A DNA stretch of 55,185 bases from the NCBI GenBank assembly GCA_020428905.1, contig JAGQLY010000024.1:1-55185 (forward strand), written 5' to 3'. Source of the stretch: Candidatus Kaiserbacteria bacterium (GTDB lineage: Bacteria; Patescibacteriota; Minisyncoccia; Phycocordibacterales; UBA918). A model generated the notes under the pieces. That model ran no database searches, was not told the DNA's origin, and saw nothing but the letters and a program-made list of their open reading frames with translations. Positions 48,649 to 55,185 of this stretch are shown piece by piece. Numbering within the stretch: the stretch's first letter is position 1; every line of letters begins with the position of its first letter. The position numbers were made by a program, and so were the translations under genes.

Positions 48649-49629
48649 ATGCTAGAAACAAACGTTGCACTACCATCAAAGCCCCGTGTCGTAACCGAAG
48701 AAGATTTTTTCGGTGTATACGAAATTGATGGCCTCTACCCAGGGTATGGCCACACACTCGGTAACTCACTTCGTCGTATCATACTTTCATCACTTCCAGG
48801 TGCAGCAATCACCCAAGTGAAGATTGATGGTGTACAGCACGAGTTTTCAACACTCGAGGGTGTTAAGGAAGATGTGATCACCATCTTGCTGAACCTCAAG
48901 CGCGTCCGCATGGCAATGCATAGTGACGAACCACTCACCATGACGCTCAAGGCGTCAGGTGCAAGCGTAGTAACTGCAGGGGACATTCAGGCACCAAGCC
49001 AGATTGAAATACTAAATCCGGAACAACCGATTGCAGAGATTACCGCAAAGGGCGGCTCGCTCGATATTGAACTTACGGTAGAACATGGTCTTGGCTATGT
49101 ACCACGTGAAGTGCACCAGAAAGAGAAGGTTGATATCGGTACCATTGCACTTGATGCTGTTTTCACACCAATCCGTCGCGCAAACTATGAAGTAGAAAAT
49201 ATGCGTGTAGGCGACCGAACCGACTATAACCGACTTCGTGTGTCTATCGAAACTGACGGAACTGTTTCTCCGCGAGAGGCACTCGAGCAATCTATCGAGA
49301 TTATGGTCCATCAACTCAAAGCAGTGATTGGATTCCAAGAAAACACTTCTGAAGAGAAATCGGAGATCGAAGCTGCAAACAAGGATACGAGCGACACAAC
49401 AGACACCGATGGGGGAGAACCTGACTCCGACATTCTTAAGACACGTATTGAGATGCTCGACCTTTCAACTCGCACCCAAAATGCACTAGAGGAAGCCAAC
49501 ATCCGTACTATAGGAGGACTTGTACGAAAGAAAAAAGATGATATCCTAGCGCTCGATGGTATTGGACCGAAGGGTGTCGAGGAAATCGAAACGGTATTGA
49601 AGAAAATGAACATCGGTCTTCGCGATTAA
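48649..49629 (+). CDS. rpoA: DNA-directed RNA polymerase subunit alpha
   Basis: 326 aa. NTD (GYGHTLGNSLRRILLSS.PG) and CTD HhH (LDLS.RT.NAL....I.TIG.L). Confidence 0.96.
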   Translation: MLETNVALPSKPRVVTEEDFFGVYEIDGLYPGYGHTLGNSLRRIILSSLPGAAITQVKIDGVQHEFSTLEGVKEDVITILLNLKRVRMAMHSDEPLTMTLKASGASVVTAGDIQAPSQIEILNPEQPIAEITAKGGSLDIELTVEHGLGYVPREVHQKEKVDIGTIALDAVFTPIRRANYEVENMRVGDRTDYNRLRVSIETDGTVSPREALEQSIEIMVHQLKAVIGFQENTSEEKSEIEAANKDTSDTTDTDGGEPDSDILKTRIEMLDLSTRTQNALEEANIRTIGGLVRKKKDDILALDGIGPKGVEEIETVLKKMNIGLRD

Positions 49630-49647
49630 TATCCGTAACACGTACGC

Positions 49648-50004
49648 ATGCGTCATCATAACAAAAACAGAATATTCGGACGAACACGACGCGGTCGTAC
49701 AGCACTGCTCCGTTCTCTTGCAATTTCCCTTATTGAAAACGGAAAAATCCTCACCACCGAGGCACGTGCAAAGGAACTTCGACCATACATTGAACGTCTC
49801 GTTACCTATGGAAAGAAAGGTACGCTCGCAGCCCGCCGACAAGCGGCAACAAAGCTTGGTGAGCCACGCGCAGCAACCATCAAGAAGCTGTTCGACGAAA
49901 TTGCAAAAGAGTACAGCGACCGCAGTGGTGGCTACACGCGTATTACCAAAGCAGGCCCAACTCTTGCTGGTCGCAGGGAAGCGGTGATTGAATTTGTTAA
50001 ATAG
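49648..50004 (+). CDS. rplQ: 50S ribosomal protein L17
   Basis: MRH....R.GR....R.ALLR.L...LI..G.I.TT..RAKELR. Confidence 0.95.
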   Translation: MRHHNKNRIFGRTRRGRTALLRSLAISLIENGKILTTEARAKELRPYIERLVTYGKKGTLAARRQAATKLGEPRAATIKKLFDEIAKEYSDRSGGYTRITKAGPTLAGRREAVIEFVK

Positions 50005-50008
50005 TAGT

Positions 50009-50359
50009 ATGGAAACACGAGAATACACCATTGATGCACAGGGAAAGCGACTCGGTCGTGTGGCGACTGAAGCTGCGTCAGTGCTTTTGGGTAAGGACAC
50101 ACCAACGTTTACCAAAAATACTGTTGCTGCAGTGGTAGTAAGAATTACCAACGCAAGCAAGCTTGATATTTCTGAAAAGCGAGCTGGGGAAGAGTTTCAG
50201 ACCTACTCAGGATACCCAGGAGGACGCAAAGTAGAGACGCTCGGACACCTTGCAAAGCGCCGTGGATACGATGAGGTGCTTCGCCGTGTTATTGGGGGCA
50301 TGCTTCCTAAGAACCGTTTACACAAAGTGCGCATGCGTAATCTGGTAGTTAGCGAATAG
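50009..50359 (+). CDS. rplM: 50S ribosomal protein L13 (short)
   Basis: ..IDA.GK.LGR.A...A..L.GK..P.FT; ..V.GMLPKN.L. ATG 50009 lies 5 nt after the rplQ stop. Confidence 0.92.
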   Translation: METREYTIDAQGKRLGRVATEAASVLLGKDTPTFTKNTVAAVVVRITNASKLDISEKRAGEEFQTYSGYPGGRKVETLGHLAKRRGYDEVLRRVIGGMLPKNRLHKVRMRNLVVSE

Positions 50360-50366
50360 ATATATT

Positions 50367-50771
50367 ATGGCAACACAGAAGACATACATTGAGGGAATTG
50401 GCCGACGCAAAACTGCAACTGCGCGTGTCCGTATTACCCCAGCAAAAACCGAAACCATCGTGGTAAATGACAAGCCGATTGAAGAATATTTTGGACTTGC
50501 TGCACATGAACACGACATCCGTTCAGTGCTCACTCTCGAGGGTGCTGGTGTCGAGACGTACGAAATTACTGCAAAAGTACGGGGTGGTGGTCTTTCATCA
50601 CAAGCAGAGGCAATTCGTCTCGGTATTGCACGTGCGCTCGTGAAAGAAAAAGCTGACCGACGTGTCACACTCAAGCGCGCAGGCTTTCTCAAGCGTGACC
50701 CTCGTTCTGTTGAACGAAAAAAGTTTGGTTTGCTCAAAGCTCGCAAGCGCCCAGCTTGGAGTAAACGATAA
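50367..50771 (+). CDS. rpsI: 30S ribosomal protein S9
   Basis: GRRK.A.ARV...PG.G...VN; GGG..GQA.A.R.GIARAL; ...RD.R.VERKK.G..KARK..Q.SKR-like C-terminus. Confidence 0.96.
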   Translation: MATQKTYIEGIGRRKTATARVRITPAKTETIVVNDKPIEEYFGLAAHEHDIRSVLTLEGAGVETYEITAKVRGGGLSSQAEAIRLGIARALVKEKADRRVTLKRAGFLKRDPRSVERKKFGLLKARKRPAWSKR

Positions 50772-50788
50772 CTGTTTATCGTTTACTC
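50759..50788 (+). terminator. Hairpin GAGTAAACGATAA-ctgt-TTATCGTTTACTC overlapping the rpsI stop
   Basis: 13-bp perfect stem. Confidence 0.55.
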
Positions 50789-50886
50789 TATCCGCGAAGC
50801 GGCGGCCGATGTATTTTTGCCTTTCCTAGCAAAAATACCAGGTCGAGGAGGAAACCGAGTCAAACACTCACAATATAAACTATATG

Positions 50887-50913
50887 AAAAAAGTACTGCA
50901 AAGTACTTTTTTT
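50887..50913 (+). terminator. Hairpin AAAAAAGTACT-gcaa-AGTACTTTTTTT with a U-tract
   Basis: 11-bp stem plus a T7 run, second in a series of three hairpins downstream of rpsI. Confidence 0.5.
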
Positions 50914-51047
50914 GTTCCCGGACAAGAAAGACTTCTAAAAAGCCTCTGCGGAGCTTCTTTTGTTGTTAATTACTGTATTGATGTTGTGCATGCTACGCCC
51001 TGTAAACAGAGTCCGATAAAAATAACACTGGGTACCGTGTTGCTGTT

Positions 51048-51075
51048 TTGACACAAAAAAATTTCGCGTTATAAT
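51048..51075 (+). promoter_or_regulatory. Consensus sigma70-type promoter TTGACA-N16-TATAAT upstream of grpE-dnaK-dnaJ
   Basis: Both hexamers match consensus exactly (51048-51053 and 51070-75). The implied 5' UTR is ~115 nt to ATG 51194. Confidence 0.6.
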
Positions 51076-51193
51076 GCCTCAGCTACGTGCCCCGTTTGTG
51101 ATCACAGGTGGGTCACCTACCTCAGGAGCACGATATCCGCAGCACACCACACTGTCTCATTATTTGGCTTAATGTATAAGATTTTCAACCAGG

Positions 51194-51766
51194 ATGTTTA
51201 ATTCAAACAAAGACATTGAGGAAATTGTGGAGGACACGCACGAAGATACTTTAGAGGACATCGAAGTAGCGCAGGAGGAAGACATCCGCAAGGGAAAGCT
51301 CCGCGTACTTAAAGAAAAGTTGAAAGTGGCAGAAAAAGAAAAAATGACTTGTCTTGAGGATCTCCAGCGAATGCGTGCAGACTTCCTCAACAGCAAACGC
51401 CGTCTCACCGAGCAGCTCGCCGTAGACACAGAGCGTGCAAAAGAGGATTTCATACAACACCTCTTGCCGCTCGCAGACAGTTTCGACATGGCGTTTGCTC
51501 ACACTGATACATGGGAAGGAAGCGATGCAGGTTGGCGAAAGGGTGTCGAAGCAATCCATACACAGCTGCAATCAATTTTTAAGTCCTACGACGTTACTAC
51601 TATTGATGCGGTTGGTGACGTATTCGACCCAAATACGCACGAAGCTGTATCAACACAAGTGGGAGGCGGTGGTGCCGCATCAGACACCGTCGTTGCTGTT
51701 CTCCAAAAGGGGTACCGCATGAATGACCGATTGATACGACCTGCAAAAGTAATTATCAGTGCATAA
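51194..51766 (+). CDS. grpE: Nucleotide exchange factor GrpE
   Basis: 190 aa. Coiled-coil N-terminal half, FD...HEA, and C-terminal ..GY....R.IRPA.V. Confidence 0.93.
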   Translation: MFNSNKDIEEIVEDTHEDTLEDIEVAQEEDIRKGKLRVLKEKLKVAEKEKMTCLEDLQRMRADFLNSKRRLTEQLAVDTERAKEDFIQHLLPLADSFDMAFAHTDTWEGSDAGWRKGVEAIHTQLQSIFKSYDVTTIDAVGDVFDPNTHEAVSTQVGGGGAASDTVVAVLQKGYRMNDRLIRPAKVIISA

Positions 51767-51790
51767 TATACTTCATATTAATCTACAACT

Positions 51791-53698
51791 ATGTCAAAAA
51801 TTCTTGGAATCGATCTTGGAACTACTAACTCCGCAATGGCTATTATTGAGGCCGGGGAGCCGACTATTATTGAAAATGCGGAAGGAAATCGCACTACACC
51901 GTCTATTGTTGCTATTTCAAAAACCAAGGAACGGCTCGTCGGACAAATTGCAAAACGACAAGCAGTGACCAACCCGCAGAATACCATTTACGGTATTAAA
52001 CGCTTCATGGGACACACCTTTGCTGATCCTGCGGTACAGAAAGACAAAGAAGTGGTGCCTTACGAAGTAAAAGAGGGTACTGACAAGGGTGTAGTCGTCC
52101 ACATGGGCGAAAAAGATTACCGACCGGAGGAAGTGTCGGCAATGATACTGGCGAAACTTAAGGCAGATGCTGAAGCTAAAATTGGTGAAAAAATTACCGA
52201 GGCAGTTATCACCGTACCTGCGTACTTTAATGATGCACAACGTAAGGCAACCCAAGATGCAGGAAAAATTGCCGGCCTTGAGGTAAGACGTATCATCAAT
52301 GAACCAACTGCTGCTGCGCTTTCATACGGCTTTAATAAAAAGAAGGACGAGAAGATCGTAGTTTTTGACTTCGGTGGAGGAACCTTTGATGTTACCGTCC
52401 TCGAGGTGGGGGACGAGGTGGTTGAGGTACAGGCGACCGACGGTGACTCACACATGGGCGGGCGTGACATTGATCAAAAGATCGTTCGTCACTTTATTGA
52501 CACCTTCAAGAGTACTGAAGGTATTGATCTCAGCAAAGATCCGCTTGCTCTCCAACGCCTTGATGAAGCTGCTGAGAAGGCCAAGCTCGAACTCTCATCG
52601 GCTGGTGAGACTGAGGTTAATATTCCGTTCATCACCTCAGACGCAAATGGTCCAAAACATATGCTACTCACCATCACTCGTGCAAAGCTCGAAGACCTTG
52701 CTCGCGAGTATGTCGACCGCTCTATCGAAATCACCAAGCGTGCACTTGAAGCGTCACCATTCAAAAAAGAAGAAATTGACGAGATCATACTCGTTGGCGG
52801 CCAGACACGCATGCCGGCAATTCAGGCGGCTGTAAAAGAACTCTTCGGTAAAGAACCAAATAAGTCCATCAACCCTGACGAAGTGGTGGCACTCGGTGCG
52901 GCTATTCAAGCCGGTATCTTCCAGGGAGATGTGCAAGACATAACCCTAGTCGATGTTATTCCACTTTCGCTCGGTATTGAAACAATGGGATCGGTGTCGA
53001 CCAAACTGATTGAAAAAAATACCCACATTCCAACAAAGCGTGAACAGGTATTCTCGACCGCCGCAGACAATCAAACCTCGGTGGAAATTCACATTACACA
53101 GGGCGAACGTCCTATGGCAGCAGATAATAAATCACTCGGACGCTTTATCCTCGACGGCATTCCGCCGGCGCCACGTGGCGTACCTCAGATTGAGGTGATC
53201 TTTGACGTTGACAGTAACGGAGTGCTCAACGTAACTGCAAAGGACAAATCAACCAACAAGGAGCAGAGTATCCGCATTGAAGCAAATTCTGGTCTTTCAG
53301 AAGACGATATTGAGCGCATGAAGAAAGATGCAGAGGAGCATGCTGGAGAAGATGCTAAGAAAAAGGATCTTATCGACGCCCGCAACGTAGCCGACCAAAT
53401 GATCTACACTGCAGAAAAGGCACTTACTGACCATAAAGACAAAGTGAGTGCAGAGATTAGGGGGGGTGTTGAAGAAAAAATTACAGCCCTCAAAGCTGCA
53501 AAAGATAGAGATGATCTTGAAGCAATCAAAACCGCCTCAAGTGAACTCTCAACTGAAATGCAGAAAATTGGCGCAGCGATGCAGGGAGACGGTCAGGTGA
53601 CACCTAACGGTACAAACGCCTCGGAAGCACCACACACCGAGGACGTGGTGCGCGATGCAGAAGTGGAAGAAAAACCAAACGAGGACGGGGCAAAATAA
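51791..53698 (+). CDS. dnaK: Molecular chaperone DnaK (Hsp70)
   Basis: 635 aa. [38 protein letters not shown]. Confidence 0.98.
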   Translation: MSKILGIDLGTTNSAMAIIEAGEPTIIENAEGNRTTPSIVAISKTKERLVGQIAKRQAVTNPQNTIYGIKRFMGHTFADPAVQKDKEVVPYEVKEGTDKGVVVHMGEKDYRPEEVSAMILAKLKADAEAKIGEKITEAVITVPAYFNDAQRKATQDAGKIAGLEVRRIINEPTAAALSYGFNKKKDEKIVVFDFGGGTFDVTVLEVGDEVVEVQATDGDSHMGGRDIDQKIVRHFIDTFKSTEGIDLSKDPLALQRLDEAAEKAKLELSSAGETEVNIPFITSDANGPKHMLLTITRAKLEDLAREYVDRSIEITKRALEASPFKKEEIDEIILVGGQTRMPAIQAAVKELFGKEPNKSINPDEVVALGAAIQAGIFQGDVQDITLVDVIPLSLGIETMGSVSTKLIEKNTHIPTKREQVFSTAADNQTSVEIHITQGERPMAADNKSLGRFILDGIPPAPRGVPQIEVIFDVDSNGVLNVTAKDKSTNKEQSIRIEANSGLSEDDIERMKKDAEEHAGEDAKKKDLIDARNVADQMIYTAEKALTDHKDKVSAEIRGGVEEKITALKAAKDRDDLEAIKTASSELSTEMQKIGAAMQGDGQVTPNGTNASEAPHTEDVVRDAEVEEKPNEDGAK

Positions 53699-53716
53699 TG
53701 TCGTCATGCTGGCACG

Positions 53717-54781
53717 ATGAAAAACTACTATGACATCCTAGGAATAGACAAAAGTGCGTCGAAGGACGATATCAAAAAGGCGTTCCGTAAACTTGCGGCT
53801 AAATATCATCCGGATAAAAAGACGGGCGACGAGGCAAAATTCAAAGAAATTAGTGAGGCATACGCGGTATTGGGTGACGAAAAAAAACGAGCGGAGTACG
53901 ATACCTACGGCCGATCGTATGCTGGTGGTGGTCCCGGTGGAGGTGCGGGCTGGGGCGGATTCCAGAACGGCTTTGGTGGTATGGAATTCGACCTCAACGA
54001 CATCTTCGAAAACTTCGGCGACATTTTTGGTGGTGGTTTTCAACGTGGACGCGGACAGACGCGCGGCAACGACATTTCGGTAGATATAGAACTCACCTTC
54101 AAGGAATCTATCTTCGGCACCAAACGTTCACTCAAGCTCTACAAAACAAATACTTGTGCTACCTGTGATGGTTCTGGTGCAAAAACAGGCACCGAGATGA
54201 CTACATGTGCCACCTGTAACGGAAACGGAAAGATACGTGAAGCACGACAAAGCATTATGGGCAACTTTACGACCGTGCGCGAGTGTACCGTGTGTCACGG
54301 GAAAGGGAAGGTACCTAAAGAAAAGTGTACTGATTGCAATGGATCGGGCGTTCGAAAAACCGATGATCAAGTGGCTATCGAAGTGCCTGCGGGTATCGAA
54401 AACGGTGAAATGATCCGACTCACCGGACGTGGTGAGGCAGTCGCTGGTGGTGTTCCTGGCGACCTGTACGTCAAAATACATGTAAAGAACGATTCTGCGA
54501 TCGCCCGAAATGGAAATAACCTCCTCACCACACTTCGAGTGAAGCTTTCGGACGCACTACTTGGAGGTTCATACACGGTTGAGACACTTGATGGACCGGT
54601 GGCAATAAAAATTCCTGCAGGTGTTGCACATGGTGAGCTTCTTCGTGTTAAAGGGAAGGGTGTACCTATGACTCGCAGTGGGCGCGGCGACTTCTTGGTA
54701 AAAATTTCTATTGACATACCGCAGAAACTTTCCCGCAAAGCGAAGCAGCTTATCGAAGATCTTAAAAACGAGGGAATCTAG
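53717..54781 (+). CDS. dnaJ: Molecular chaperone DnaJ
   Basis: 354 aa. J domain with HPD (KYHPDKK), a G/F-rich region, and four CxxCxGxG zinc motifs. Confidence 0.96.
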   Translation: MKNYYDILGIDKSASKDDIKKAFRKLAAKYHPDKKTGDEAKFKEISEAYAVLGDEKKRAEYDTYGRSYAGGGPGGGAGWGGFQNGFGGMEFDLNDIFENFGDIFGGGFQRGRGQTRGNDISVDIELTFKESIFGTKRSLKLYKTNTCATCDGSGAKTGTEMTTCATCNGNGKIREARQSIMGNFTTVRECTVCHGKGKVPKEKCTDCNGSGVRKTDDQVAIEVPAGIENGEMIRLTGRGEAVAGGVPGDLYVKIHVKNDSAIARNGNNLLTTLRVKLSDALLGGSYTVETLDGPVAIKIPAGVAHGELLRVKGKGVPMTRSGRGDFLVKISIDIPQKLSRKAKQLIEDLKNEGI

Positions 54782-54788
54782 CGTCCCC

Positions 54789-54821
54789 GAACCATTTAGG
54801 GGTCAAACCCCTAAATGGTTC
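54789..54821. terminator. Hairpin GAACCATTTAGGGG-tcaaa-CCCCTAAATGGTTC between convergent dnaJ and the transposase-like gene
   Basis: 14-bp perfect stem with a 5-nt loop. It may double as a subterminal/REP-like hairpin of the adjacent Y1 transposase-family gene. Confidence 0.6.
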
Positions 54822-54844
54822 ATCCTCGAAAAAAGAACCAAAAA

Positions 54845-55185
54845 CTACTCAAGTAGGTCCGCGTTGGGATTGGGATTCTTTTCTGCAGCACGTTGTTCGA
54901 AAATATATCTACAGTGCCTTGGGGCGTTTTTGATATACCCACTCCTTCCTTCAAATTGATCGAGGATCATACTTGTCTCCAAGAAGTCACAATCTTTTTT
55001 ACCTTCATAAACAACGTGACTTGTTTTGTATACTTCATGAATATTGCGAAACCCATGTACCGTATAATTAAGATTCACATACGCTGCCAGATGTAGCAAT
55101 TTAGTATCACTATCTACATGCGCACGCTTGTAGACACCTTGAAATAATGTTCCTTCACGACTATTTTTTTCGTTAAAATAAGAAG
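54845..55185 (-). CDS. IS200-like / REP-associated (Y1, HuH) transposase-family protein, C-terminal part; 5' end outside the window
   Basis: The minus frame is open to the window edge: ..SYFNEKNSREGTLFQGVYKRAHVDSDTKLLHLAAYVNLNYTVHGF.. This matches the G.LFQGR(F/Y)K...(I/V)D.D.YLL.L.RYIHLNP signature of COG1943-type transposases, including the catalytic-Tyr helix. The track ORF (TTG start at 55099) is only the tail. Confidence 0.6.
   Translation of the reverse strand, partial: SYFNEKNSREGTLFQGVYKRAHVDSDTKLLHLAAYVNLNYTVHGFRNIHEVYKTSHVVYEGKKDCDFLETSMILDQFEGRSGYIKNAPRHCRYIFEQRAAEKNPNPNADLLE

Noticed and set aside
50838-50862. ACCAGGTCGAGGAGGAAACCGAG resembled the SRP (4.5S) RNA domain IV sequence ACCAGGUCAGGUCCGGAAGGAAGCAGC.
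   Set aside because: The flanks do not form the helix-8 hairpin with symmetric and asymmetric loops and a GNRA tetraloop, and no long closing helix is present. RNase P and tmRNA signatures are likewise absent.
50884-51051. 55-codon ORF (MKKVLQSTFFVPGQERLL..) in the rpsI-grpE gap.
   Set aside because: Codons 2-10 are the terminator-like hairpin and its stop overlaps the -35 of the grpE promoter. No motif or promoter supports it, so it is more likely non-coding.
51098-51118. Possible CtsR-, CIRCE- or HAIR-type heat-shock operator in the grpE leader.
   Set aside because: The sequence GTGATCAC-AGGTGGGTCACCT matches none of the known consensus operators. I keep it only as an unassigned palindrome/hairpin inside the broader finding.

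Overview
Gene-dense 55 kb housekeeping segment. About 60 genes sit on the + strand and only three on the - strand (1..1640, 30081..30326, 54845..55185). The gene content points to a streamlined CPR/Patescibacteria (Parcubacteria-like) bacterium: many shortened core proteins, DUF5671-like and pilin-like membrane proteins, and a conserved Cys-rich zinc-ribbon protein. This taxonomic call is inference from motif recognition only; no search was run. The standard code applies, because TGA, TAA and TAG all end genes at the expected lengths. Recognisable blocks, in order: AI-2E transporter/CapA; FKBP-tgt; a lone type IV pilin-like gene; uvrB; a giant surface protein plus orphan histidine kinase; uvrA-uvrC-ddl; tRNA-Ala(UGC); a small patchwork region; the F1Fo ATP synthase operon (atpBEFHAGDC); NQO-like/MazG/ychF/GIY-YIG/thioredoxin-like/DUF5671; leuS; a sigma-r4/HARE-HTH protein; mltG-mnmA; an ATP-cone/nuclease fusion; a base-damage repair cluster (Cas4-like nuclease, ogt, ung); an HD alarmone hydrolase; pepF; alaS; an FtsA-like pair; infA-rpmJ-rpsM-rpsK-rpsD-rpoA-rplQ-rplM-rpsI; grpE-dnaK-dnaJ; and the 3' part of an IS200/RAYT-like transposase gene. 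I found no CRISPR array, rRNA, reverse transcriptase/DGR or obvious prophage. The items most worth a second look: the ATP-cone::PD-(D/E)XK nuclease fusion; a perfect 64-bp palindrome; the surface-protein/kinase pair lying between the uvr genes; a promoter-to-terminator mini transcription unit with a palindromic operator; the GC-rich patchwork next to tRNA-Ala; and a window-wide absence of Shine-Dalgarno motifs, with -10 boxes abutting start codons (leaderless-style). All functional calls rest on motifs I recognise by eye and need HMM/BLAST confirmation.
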